A stretch of 64,000 nucleotides of DNA from an uncultured Pseudomonadales bacterium (lineage in GTDB: Bacteria > Patescibacteriota > Microgenomatia > UBA1400 > PJMF01): contig CAYMSV010000002.1 of the NCBI GenBank assembly GCA_964393205.1, positions 160,843-224,842 of the forward strand. The letters run 5' to 3'. The notes below the pieces were generated by a model. It did no database searches. It was not told the DNA's origin and worked only from the letters and a program-made list of their open reading frames with translations. Of the stretch, positions 10,958-19,430 are shown piece after piece (position 1 is the stretch's first letter; every line of letters begins with the position of its first letter). The position numbers and the translations under genes are program-made.

Positions 10958-11647
10958 ATGTTTGGCATTAAAACTTTTATTAAAGATTATTTGTATATTA
11001 AAGTTAGCTCAAAATTGAGTAATGATTGGTTTATTAAAAAATTGATGACAACTTTTCAAGCTGATCAACCAGGTCATAGAGCTAATATTGCCAAAGCTGA
11101 TATGGGTTATGGCTGGATTCATTACGGTTTCATACGTCAACAAAAACCAAAAAAACTTTTGTGCGTTGGATCACGACACGGTTTCATTCCCGCAATTATG
11201 GCACAAGCCTGCAAAGACAATGGTTTTGGAAAAGTGGATTTTGTTGATGCTGGCTTCGATTCAACAAGTGAAAATCACTGGACAGGAGTTGGTTATTGGC
11301 TTACTGAAAAAGGGAAAAACTGTTTTAAAGAATTTAAATTAAAAAAACATATTAAGCTTTTCGTTCAAACAACAGAAACTTTTGCTAAAAATTATCCAAA
11401 AAACAAATACGATTACATATATGTTGACGGAGATCATTCATACAAGGGGGTTAAAACTGATTTTAAATTATTTTGGCCAAAACTAAATCAAGGAGGTTTT
11501 ATGCTTTTTCATGATATTAGCGTTACTCAAACCTTAAATGAAGGAGAGTATGGTGTCTGGAAACTATTTGAAGAACTAAAAGAAAAAAATCCTTACATTG
11601 CTTTCGATTATTCCAAATCAGGACTGGGAATTATACAAAAAAAATAA
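10958..11647 (+). CDS. Class I SAM-dependent methyltransferase (Methyltransf_24-like)
   Basis: YDYIYVDGDHSY.GV..DF and GG..LFHD, GVW motifs. Confidence 0.8.
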   Translation: MFGIKTFIKDYLYIKVSSKLSNDWFIKKLMTTFQADQPGHRANIAKADMGYGWIHYGFIRQQKPKKLLCVGSRHGFIPAIMAQACKDNGFGKVDFVDAGFDSTSENHWTGVGYWLTEKGKNCFKEFKLKKHIKLFVQTTETFAKNYPKNKYDYIYVDGDHSYKGVKTDFKLFWPKLNQGGFMLFHDISVTQTLNEGEYGVWKLFEELKEKNPYIAFDYSKSGLGIIQKK

Positions 11648-11696
11648 TTATTTAACTCTATAGACAAAAATATTAAAACTTTAAAAATACATTTTT

Positions 11697-12254
11697 ATGA
11701 AAATTAATATTTTTAAATTACTTGCTTTAAAGAAACAAAAAAATCAAATCATTATTATTACTGGTCCGTCTGGTGTAGGTAAAACTACAATTTCCAAAAA
11801 GCTTTCTCAAGCTTTAGATAATAGTGTTTATATTTCTCTAGATACACTTAGGTCATTTGTTAAAAATGGATATCAAAGTCCAGCAACTTTCAAACAAACA
11901 GCGGCCGTTATTAAACAAAGCTCCTTAGCTAGAAACTGTGCTCTTTTTATTGCAAAAGCTTACTATAAAAACGGATTCAACATTATTGTTGATGATGTTT
12001 TGTATAAAAAAAGCTTCGTTTTTTGGACTAAGAAACTAAAAAACTATAATTTTAAAATTATAGTCTTGAAAGAAGAACTAAAAACAATTATTAAGAGAAA
12101 TACACTAAAAAAAACAGGACGTTTAGATGAAGAAATAATAATTTACTTAAAAAAACAATTTGATGAGTTGGGTCCAAATAAAGATTTATACTTCATAAAA
12201 AACGAAAACACAGATAAAACAGTCAAAAGTATAAAAAAAATTATAGCTAATTAA
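11697..12254 (+). CDS. P-loop kinase (AAA_33/nucleoside-monophosphate-kinase-like)
   Basis: Walker A TGPSGVGKTT; SLDTLR; IIVDDV. Confidence 0.75.
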   Translation: MKINIFKLLALKKQKNQIIIITGPSGVGKTTISKKLSQALDNSVYISLDTLRSFVKNGYQSPATFKQTAAVIKQSSLARNCALFIAKAYYKNGFNIIVDDVLYKKSFVFWTKKLKNYNFKIIVLKEELKTIIKRNTLKKTGRLDEEIIIYLKKQFDELGPNKDLYFIKNENTDKTVKSIKKIIAN

Positions 12255-12255
12255 A

Positions 12256-13383
12256 TTAGATACGCGGAATATTTTCTAGATTCGTATTATCAGAAATTAA
12301 AACTAATCGCGCCTTTTCCTGTAATTCAGCTATATCATGAGCTCCTTGATACCACAATGATCTTCTTAGCCCACCAGTTAATTTGTTTAATATAGGCTTA
12401 ACACTTCCTTTATATTCCACTAAGGCTTCAACACCCTCCTCCAAAGCTTCATTTCCTGGTGTTAAAGATTGAGACTTGTTAGAAAATACTATGTTTTTTA
12501 CTTTACTCTTTAACAAATGAAGGTTTTTTTCTAAGAAATTCTTATTATCTGAGTCGTTAGAAGTTATAGCTTTTTTACTACACATTCCCCAAGTATTTTT
12601 ATATTTCTTCCCATCAATTTTAATTATTTCTCCAGGAGATTCTTCTGTTCCACTAAACATACCTCCTATCATTACTGCCGAAGCACCAAAGGCCAAAGCT
12701 TTAGCAAGGTCTCCGGGATACTTAATTCCACCTTCAGAAATAATTGGTATTTTATATTTTTTAGCTGCTTTAGAACATTCAAGAACAGCACTTAATTGAG
12801 GCCTACCAACCCCAGTTACTAAACGGGTAGTACAATGTGATCCTGGCCCAATTCCTACATTTAAACTATCTATTCCTGATTTTGCCAGCTCTACAACAGC
12901 CTCTTTGGTAGCAATGGGGCCAGTGCTTAATTGAGCTTTTGGATATTTTTTTCTGACTTCTTTGATAAACTTTAAAGTAGGCGTATTCAAAGAATGATAG
13001 GTATAAATGCAAATAATATCAGTGCCTAAATTTAATAAATCACCAATATGTTTGAGGCCACTTACTGACAACTCTCCAACTGTCGCCGCTACCTTAATTT
13101 TTTTGCTTTTAGCTTCAGCCACCTGTTTGAGTTGATTTTCAAAACCATCAAAACCATGGATATAACCCATACCACCCATTTCAGCCATAGCTATCGCCAT
13201 TTGCGCCTCAGTAACCCCAGGCATTGGAGAGGATAATATTGGTATATCAATTTCAATTTTCTTAGACACCTTAGTTTTCAAATTAATCTTTGTTTTTTCC
13301 TCACTCATATCAAAATCGGCTTTCTGAGCTAAAAACAAAACATCATCAAAAGTTACTTCTGGATTTGTGGAAATTATTTTCAT
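12256..13383 (-). CDS. IMP dehydrogenase / GMP reductase family protein (no CBS domains, divergent)
   Basis: TFDDVL, catalytic loop GIGPGSHCTTR, KALAFGA..VMIG..F.GTEESPG, EGVE. Confidence 0.8.
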   Translation of the reverse strand: MKIISTNPEVTFDDVLFLAQKADFDMSEEKTKINLKTKVSKKIEIDIPILSSPMPGVTEAQMAIAMAEMGGMGYIHGFDGFENQLKQVAEAKSKKIKVAATVGELSVSGLKHIGDLLNLGTDIICIYTYHSLNTPTLKFIKEVRKKYPKAQLSTGPIATKEAVVELAKSGIDSLNVGIGPGSHCTTRLVTGVGRPQLSAVLECSKAAKKYKIPIISEGGIKYPGDLAKALAFGASAVMIGGMFSGTEESPGEIIKIDGKKYKNTWGMCSKKAITSNDSDNKNFLEKNLHLLKSKVKNIVFSNKSQSLTPGNEALEEGVEALVEYKGSVKPILNKLTGGLRRSLWYQGAHDIAELQEKARLVLISDNTNLENIPRI

Positions 13384-13411
13384 AAAGCAAAATATACCAT
13401 ATCTAAAAAAT

Positions 13412-14041
13412 TTATAAAATTATTTTTTTAAACTTATCAATGTGTATGGCTTTAAAACCAAAATTAGTGGCTGGCTCTATATCACTATGAAAGGAATCAC
13501 CTATCATAAGATGTTCTGATTTTTTCAAACCAGTTAAATCAATCACTTTTTTTAGAAGATCTACAGAAGGTTTAAGTTTTCCTTCGGTATCTCTAGCTAT
13601 AATTTCTTCAAAGGGATGATACGATTCTTTTTTCTTCTTAAATCCTATCGCTTTTAAACATAAAAGAACATCTTTTTTTCTAGAATTTGTTAAAATAATG
13701 TGTTTAAAAGATGATAGCTCTTCAATTGCTTTAACTAAGCCTGGATCTTTATTTAAAAAACGATGCTTGTTTAATATGTCTTCAATTTGATCGATAATTT
13801 TAATTTCATTTTTTAAAGAGGAATTTTCTGTAATAGTCCTACTCCAACTACCATGTTTTTTGGAAAGTTCACGAAATTCTTCTATGGTAACAGTAAAACA
13901 ATGCTTGTTAAAAAATTTAAGAAATTCTTTTTCCATTGCTTCGCCAACAGAAAAATTTTGATATAAAGTCCCATCTAAATCCCAAACTAAGGCTTTAATA
14001 TCTTTGAATAGAATGTTTTTTTTTATTTTTTTAATCAACAT
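13412..14041 (-). CDS. HAD-superfamily hydrolase (phosphatase/nucleotidase)
   Basis: WDLDGTLY, LTN, KP, MIGDS..SDI. Confidence 0.85.
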   Translation of the reverse strand: MLIKKIKKNILFKDIKALVWDLDGTLYQNFSVGEAMEKEFLKFFNKHCFTVTIEEFRELSKKHGSWSRTITENSSLKNEIKIIDQIEDILNKHRFLNKDPGLVKAIEELSSFKHIILTNSRKKDVLLCLKAIGFKKKKESYHPFEEIIARDTEGKLKPSVDLLKKVIDLTGLKKSEHLMIGDSFHSDIEPATNFGFKAIHIDKFKKIIL

Positions 14042-14177
14042 AATGTGTAACCAGTTTTAAAAATTTAAATATCAATAATTATAATAAGCAAAAGGACACA
14101 ACTAATAAATTATAACTTGCTTATAATAAATAAACAGACTATCTTTCTTATTTTTTTTAGATAAAATATCCTAGATA

Positions 14178-14837
14178 ATGTTACAGAAAAATAAAAAAGC
14201 TAAAATTTTTATTCACAGCAGTTTCTTTGGGCACTTCAAACTAATCATTGATCTCTTATTGACCATATTTATATTAATCCTGATATCACCTTTAATTATT
14301 ATTTCTTTTCCTTTTTTACTGTGGCAAATCGGCCAACCAATCATCTTTAAACAGAAAAGAACTGGTAAAGGCGCTCAAAATTTCGAGCTTTATAAGCTAC
14401 GCACTATGGTAAAAAATGCTGAACTACTTCGTTCTAAAAACCAAAAACATTTTGCTGAATTAAACTATGCTCCAGCTCCTATGTTTAAAATTAAAAATGA
14501 TCCACGTTTTTTAAAAATTGGCAAATTTCTATCCCATAGCGGCCTAGATGAATTGCCACAATTGATTAATATTTTAAAGGGTCAAATGTCTTTAGTGGGT
14601 CCAAGACCGCTACCAACTAATGAAGCTCAAACTTTAAAAAAAATTGATCCTGATTGGTATTTTTGGAGACATCAAGTAAAACCAGGCTTGTTTTCCCTAT
14701 GGGTATTAAATAACGAAAGACACAAAAACTTGGAGGCTTGGAGGGGGCTTGAAAAAAAAACACTTGCTTTAAATTTGAAACAACAATATTTCTTGATTTT
14801 TCAAATTATTTGGAGTCAATTGTTAAAAATGCTTTAA
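14178..14837 (+). CDS. Polyprenyl-phosphate sugar phosphotransferase (priming sugar transferase)
   Basis: FKQ.R.G, YKLRTM, DPR..IG.FL...LDELPQL.N.L.G.MSLVGPRP. Confidence 0.9.
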   Translation: MLQKNKKAKIFIHSSFFGHFKLIIDLLLTIFILILISPLIIISFPFLLWQIGQPIIFKQKRTGKGAQNFELYKLRTMVKNAELLRSKNQKHFAELNYAPAPMFKIKNDPRFLKIGKFLSHSGLDELPQLINILKGQMSLVGPRPLPTNEAQTLKKIDPDWYFWRHQVKPGLFSLWVLNNERHKNLEAWRGLEKKTLALNLKQQYFLIFQIIWSQLLKML

Positions 14838-14960
14838 ATCCTTGCTTAAAAACAATCAATTAAATGTATCAAAACATAACAACAATGATTTTTCTACTTG
14901 CTAAACCTTACTTTTGTATATTAAGCTAAAAGCAACTATTTTTATTGTGTCAAACAATTT

Positions 14961-15992
14961 ATGTCTAATTTAAACAAATATTTGCCTAACAAATATCAAC
15001 AAAAATCCATTGACAATCAACTTAGTCAGCCTGAGGAAATTTTAACAAAATCTATTCCTTCTTCTGAGAATTTAAATCCAACTACTCAAATAAACTCAAC
15101 AAAAACTACTCAAACCACAAATAACAATAATAATTCTGTTAAAGTTTCCTCAAAAAACAAGACAAAACAATCTCCTAAAAAAAAGAAAGTAATTTTTTTA
15201 AGTATATTGTTATTTCTTTTACTAGCTGGAACCCTAACCTCTCTGTTTTTGATCAGAAGGGCCCAAGATATAAGACAGCAGGCTGCTTATCCAACTCCCA
15301 CTATCACTCCCAGACCTACTACGAGACCTACTACGGAACCAACTACAGAACCGACTACGGAACCTACAATCAGTCCCACTATAGGACCTACTGAAACTCC
15401 AATAATTGCTTGTGCTGACATTGGCTGTGCTGATGATAATGATTGTCAAGAAGGCTATGCTTGCATACAAGGCGCACCAGATGAAGGAGCAGCTATCACA
15501 GTTGGAATTTGTGGTCTAGCTTCATTGGCTGATGAGTGTCGCAACAATCGTGATTATGATTCTTGTTGTGTAGAACCAACTATCACTACCACTCCTTCTC
15601 CCACCTTAAGCTTAGAACCAACTACAAAACCAACTGACTCTCCAGGAGAGCCAACTGATTCCCCAGAAGAACCAACTGACTCTCCAGAAGAGCCAACTGA
15701 TTCCCCAGAAGAACCAACTCCAGTTGTAACCACAGTTATTACTACTGTTGGCTGTAATGAAAGCTGTAGTGAAAATGCTGATTGTGCCAATATTAGCCAT
15801 ATCTGTTATGAAGGATTTTGCCGTCTAGACGTTTATCCAACAGATGTTAATTGTCGTCTGCCAGATGGAAATACTATTATCGAACGAGCAGTAGAAATAC
15901 CAACCGAAACAGGATTTGCTGACTGGTTTAATTTCCTTAAAATTGGTTTAGGCGCATTAGGACTCGGCACCTTACTATTGCTTCTCTTTTAA
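14961..15992 (+). CDS. Cys-rich, Pro/Thr-rich surface protein (paralog A)
   Basis: TM then QDIRQQA, PT linkers, two Cys modules, C-terminal PTETG plus hydrophobic tail. Confidence 0.75.
   Translation: MSNLNKYLPNKYQQKSIDNQLSQPEEILTKSIPSSENLNPTTQINSTKTTQTTNNNNNSVKVSSKNKTKQSPKKKKVIFLSILLFLLLAGTLTSLFLIRRAQDIRQQAAYPTPTITPRPTTRPTTEPTTEPTTEPTISPTIGPTETPIIACADIGCADDNDCQEGYACIQGAPDEGAAITVGICGLASLADECRNNRDYDSCCVEPTITTTPSPTLSLEPTTKPTDSPGEPTDSPEEPTDSPEEPTDSPEEPTPVVTTVITTVGCNESCSENADCANISHICYEGFCRLDVYPTDVNCRLPDGNTIIERAVEIPTETGFADWFNFLKIGLGALGLGTLLLLLF
15408..15578 (+). repeat. Copy 1 of ~170 bp Cys-module duplication
   Basis: Close DNA match to 17417-17587, e.g. tggctgtgctgatgataatgattgtcaa and tgtcgcaacaatcgtgattatgattcttgttgt. 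Confidence 0.9.
15630..15719 (+). repeat. 21-bp tandem repeat x4 (two alternating variants) encoding PTDSPEE
   Basis: ccaactgactctccagRagag / ccaactgattccccagaagaa units. Confidence 0.9.
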
Positions 15993-16082
15993 TCAGTTCT
16001 AAAAAATTACTCTTGCTAAACTTTTAAAAAATAGAGTATGCTTATTGAAGGTAGTGCCGTAATAGCGCAACTATAGCCTTTT

Positions 16083-17117
16083 ATGAGTGAAATTAATATT
16101 TCTTCTTCATCAGCTCGCAACCAAGCCATACCAAGCAAGCCTGAACAATCAGACTCTAATAATCTTTTTCTTAATAAGAATTCTAATTCTGACAAAAATT
16201 CTGGTTCTAAAAATTCACAAAGTAACTTTAGCAAAAATAAAAATAATATTTTAGCTATTGTTTTACTCTTCTTTCTATTAATCAGTAGCGCCGCTGGTTT
16301 GGTTCTAATGAAACAGCGTCAAGACACTAGACAGCAAGCTTATAGTTCTGGTTTTAGCTGTAATAGCTACCACTACGGAAGTTCTTGTCGTAATACTTCA
16401 GGTACCTGGGAAGGAAGATGTGTATTAATCAACTGTCCCAAAGGTATTTTAGTTCCCGGAAAATGTTCTGAATCCGATCCCAGTGCTTATTGGGAGTTTG
16501 GAAATTGTTCCACCCTATTAAATAAAGCTAGAAGCTCAAATTACCCTCAGTGTTGGCAAATTGATGCTGTTAATAATTCGAACACCTATTGCAATGTTGA
16601 TTCTAGCTGCCAACATTATGAAACTTCACTGAGAGAGTGTGGTAACACCCCTCAACCAACTAATACACCACGCCCTCCAACACCTACACCAACCATTGGT
16701 CCTAGCCCCACTCCCAATCCCACACCAACTACTGGTCCCACACCAACTACTGGTCCAACTCCTAGCCCAGCCCCAATGTGTCGAAAAATTGAAATTCTAG
16801 ATCAAAATAACAAAGTCTTAACAGGCGACGCAGACCAAGATCTCATTCCTGAAGTTAGCGTTGTTAGATTTAGATGTTTTGGTAAACTTGAATCTAGCGA
16901 AAATCTCGACAGCTTGATTGAACGTTTTGACTTTGCTGTCTTAGAACCAAGTGGAGAAGTAGTCTTTCTTGAAGAAAGGATGAGCGTCGCTAATACTTCT
17001 GAAGATTATTTAATCAAAGAAGGTGGGGATTTCATTGCCGAATGTCGTCTATGTACAGCTTTAGACACTTGTCAAGAATGGACTAATCCAGTAATTAAAG
17101 AAGCAAGTTTGGAATAA
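16083..17117 (+). CDS. Cys-rich, Pro/Thr-rich membrane-anchored surface protein (B)
   Basis: TM then QRQDTRQQA, Cys-rich domain, PT linker, C-terminal Cys-containing domain. Confidence 0.75.
   Translation: MSEINISSSSARNQAIPSKPEQSDSNNLFLNKNSNSDKNSGSKNSQSNFSKNKNNILAIVLLFFLLISSAAGLVLMKQRQDTRQQAYSSGFSCNSYHYGSSCRNTSGTWEGRCVLINCPKGILVPGKCSESDPSAYWEFGNCSTLLNKARSSNYPQCWQIDAVNNSNTYCNVDSSCQHYETSLRECGNTPQPTNTPRPPTPTPTIGPSPTPNPTPTTGPTPTTGPTPSPAPMCRKIEILDQNNKVLTGDADQDLIPEVSVVRFRCFGKLESSENLDSLIERFDFAVLEPSGEVVFLEERMSVANTSEDYLIKEGGDFIAECRLCTALDTCQEWTNPVIKEASLE
16719..16754 (+). repeat. 18-bp tandem repeat x2 encoding PTPTTG
   Basis: cccacaccaactactggt twice. Confidence 0.85.
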
Positions 17118-17140
17118 AAATATAGAACTAAATTATAAAA

Positions 17141-18043
17141 ATGGCTAAAACTAATAATTATCAACCAGTTAAATATGCAAAAGCACCAAGTGCTAATAGT
17201 TTGCAGAACAAAAACAACAAAAATTCACTAAAAATATTGTATTTAGTTTTTGCTCTATTGCTTTTTATTGTGGGGTCAGCCAGCGTAGTTTTAATTAGCC
17301 GCAAACAAGAGTTAGAACCAGGACCAGTAGCCCCCAATGTTCCACAATCTAAACCAGAAGCATATATACCGGTCGAAGAATCCTGTGTTACAAGTTTTAA
17401 TGTGCCTTTAAATCTAGCTTGTTCAGATAGTGGCTGTGCTGATGATAATGATTGTCAAAAAGGCTATGTTTGCATACAAGGAGCACCAGATGAAGGAGCG
17501 GCGATCACTGTTGGAATTTGTGGTCTAGCTTCCTTAACTGATGAATGTCGCAACAATCGTGATTATGATTCTTGTTGTATAGAGCCTACCAGTACTCCCT
17601 CTCCAACACCAACAACTGAACCAACTGGAACTCCAGAGCCAACTAGTACTCCTGAACCCACTGGAACTCCAGAACCAACTAGTACTCCTTCTCCAACACC
17701 AACTCCTGAACCAACTGGAACTCTAGAGCCAACTGAAACCCCTAAATCTACTCCTACTGAAGAACCGACTCCTGTTTTAACCCAGGTAATTACTACTGTT
17801 GGTTGCAATGAAAGTTGTAAGGAAAATACTGACTGTAGCAATGTTAGTCATATTTGTTATGAGGGAGTGTGTCGCTTAGACGTTAATCCAAACGATGTTA
17901 ATTGTCGCCTACCTAATGGCAACAACATGATTGAACGACCGGCTGTTGTACCTACTGAGTCAGGTTTTGCGGATTGGTTTAATTATCTAAAAGCAGGACT
18001 CGGTATTCTAGGTTTTGGCGCGCTACTATTACTACTTTTGTAA
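17141..18043 (+). CDS. Cys-rich, Pro/Thr-rich surface protein (paralog C of A)
   Basis: Shares both Cys modules and the PTE(T/S)GFADWFN tail with 14961-15992; different N-terminus. Confidence 0.75.
   Translation: MAKTNNYQPVKYAKAPSANSLQNKNNKNSLKILYLVFALLLFIVGSASVVLISRKQELEPGPVAPNVPQSKPEAYIPVEESCVTSFNVPLNLACSDSGCADDNDCQKGYVCIQGAPDEGAAITVGICGLASLTDECRNNRDYDSCCIEPTSTPSPTPTTEPTGTPEPTSTPEPTGTPEPTSTPSPTPTPEPTGTLEPTETPKSTPTEEPTPVLTQVITTVGCNESCKENTDCSNVSHICYEGVCRLDVNPNDVNCRLPNGNNMIERPAVVPTESGFADWFNYLKAGLGILGFGALLLLLL
17417..17587 (+). repeat. Copy 2 of ~170 bp Cys-module duplication
   Basis: Matches 15408-15578. Confidence 0.9.
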
Positions 18044-18064
18044 AGTTAGTTTTCCCTAGTTTTT

Positions 18065-18073
18065 TGTTATAAT
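18065..18073 (+). promoter_or_regulatory. Extended -10 promoter of the tRNA
   Basis: TGtTATAAT ending 11 nt before the tRNA 5' end. Confidence 0.7.
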
Positions 18074-18084
18074 GCATATCAAGC

Positions 18085-18161
18085 GCGTGTGTAGCTCAAT
18101 TGGTTAGAGCTCCAAGCTTATACCTTGGGGGTTCTAGGTTCAAGTCCTAGCACACGCACCA
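18085..18161 (+). tRNA. tRNA-Ile (anticodon UAU)
   Basis: Cloverleaf: acceptor GCGTGTG/CACACGC, D-stem GCTC/GAGC, anticodon stem CCAAG/CTTGG with loop CT-TAT-AC, T-arm CTAGG-TTCAAGT-CCTAG, A73, encoded CCA. Confidence 0.93.
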
Positions 18162-18631
18162 TGATAAAACTTATTTTTAAAATAATAAAATTATTAATTT
18201 TTATTTTAATCTTATTAACTTTAAGTGTTTTTGCCTACCAAAAAGGTTGGCTTAAAAACCATCCTCTTCACGCCCAAATTGAAAATTTTCAATCAGGAGA
18301 AATTAAAAATTGGCAAGATTTTATTAGCTCTTTTCAAGATCAGGAAAAATTAAATTTACAGTTAAACGAATTGAGTAATGATGCTGGAAAACAAATTAAA
18401 ATCAGTGCACAGAAAGCCTTAGAAGCTGGAAAAGTAGCTCAAGAGTTTATGTCAGAGTCTGTTCAAACAGACGAATTCGAAGACAAAAAAATCGGTGAAA
18501 AGGCTTTCGAATATGGTCAATATATTTATTGCAAAGCAGTGGTAGATGATTGGCAAGAAAGACTTATTGAAGATAATTCAGAAAAAGAAGAAGATATTTT
18601 AGATCAAGACGAAATAAAAACTAACGAATAG
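18161..18631 (+). CDS. Hypothetical protein with N-terminal membrane anchor
   Basis: ATG 18161 gives MIKLIFK plus TM; the longer TTG start lies inside the tRNA. Confidence 0.65.
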   Translation: MIKLIFKIIKLLIFILILLTLSVFAYQKGWLKNHPLHAQIENFQSGEIKNWQDFISSFQDQEKLNLQLNELSNDAGKQIKISAQKALEAGKVAQEFMSESVQTDEFEDKKIGEKAFEYGQYIYCKAVVDDWQERLIEDNSEKEEDILDQDEIKTNE

Positions 18632-19421
18632 TGGTGCCAACACAATCTTGACCACTGAGCGCCCAAAACAAATTGTCTTTCATCATTCCAGAAATAATTA
18701 CTGATTCAATCCCTTTTTTTGCCAGATCCAGTGATTCCTCAATTTTTAAACCCATGCCGCCAGTTACATCAAAACCTCTGGTATGACGCAAATCTCTGCT
18801 AATTTTAGGCCAAGTACTAGCCGTAATTTCTGGTACAAGCTGACCTTGCTTGTCTAAAAAACCAGCTACCTCTGTTACATGAATGATTTTATTTACTTGC
18901 ACTTTTTTTTCTAAAAAATAATCGGCCAAAAAAGCTAAGATTTTTTCTGTTGACCAAATAGTACAACCTTGATCACTATCAACTAAAACATCACCACAGG
19001 TAACTGGTAACAAACCTTTTTGCAAATACTGATCGATGGCATCAGCACAAAAATTCAATAATTTTCTTTTTTTAGTAACAATCGTATTACTGGCATAAAA
19101 AGAGACTGCCGGTAATTCGTGTTTTAAAAACTCATGCACCACTAAACGATTAAGGGCAGCAGCACTATCTTGAACAATAGCCATACCTAAAAGACTCTCA
19201 TCGTTAATAAATCCAGCCATTGTTTTATATTTACTAGCTGGAACATGAGCAAAACTGCCCTGACCATGACCAACAATTAACAACTGATCTGGCTTCTCCT
19301 GCTTAGCACTTGCAATTTCACCAACTAAACGTTTTAGAACCGCTCCTCTCAGAGACATAGGAATTTCTTTATCAGTAATAATGGAACCACCCAATTTAAT
19401 CAAAGTAAGATTTTTTTTCAT
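18621..19421 (-). CDS. ipk: Isopentenyl phosphate kinase (amino-acid kinase family)
   Basis: LIKLGGSIITDK, HGQGSFAHVPA (IPK His), GDV, DVTGGM.K. Confidence 0.85.
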   Translation of the reverse strand: MKKNLTLIKLGGSIITDKEIPMSLRGAVLKRLVGEIASAKQEKPDQLLIVGHGQGSFAHVPASKYKTMAGFINDESLLGMAIVQDSAAALNRLVVHEFLKHELPAVSFYASNTIVTKKRKLLNFCADAIDQYLQKGLLPVTCGDVLVDSDQGCTIWSTEKILAFLADYFLEKKVQVNKIIHVTEVAGFLDKQGQLVPEITASTWPKISRDLRHTRGFDVTGGMGLKIEESLDLAKKGIESVIISGMMKDNLFWALSGQDCVGTTIR

Positions 19422-19430
19422 TTTAATTTT

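Noticed and set aside
15408-17587. Duplicated ~170 bp segment as a DGR template/variable repeat pair
   Set aside because: Differences are not adenine-specific and many are synonymous; both copies are coding; no reverse transcriptase in the window
15630-17760. Tandem repeats as a CRISPR array
   Set aside because: In-frame coding repeats with no unique spacers and no cas genes
15234-17841. Antisense ORFs 15234-15470, 15554-15790, 15612-15800, 16016-16234 and 17563-17841
   Set aside because: Shadows of low-complexity Pro/Thr coding sequence on the + strand
18125-18160. TTG-initiated N-terminal extension of the 18161 gene
   Set aside because: Lies inside the tRNA anticodon and T arms
18085-18161. 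tRNA as integration site of an island
   Set aside because: No duplicated 3' tRNA fragment noticed and no integrase in the window
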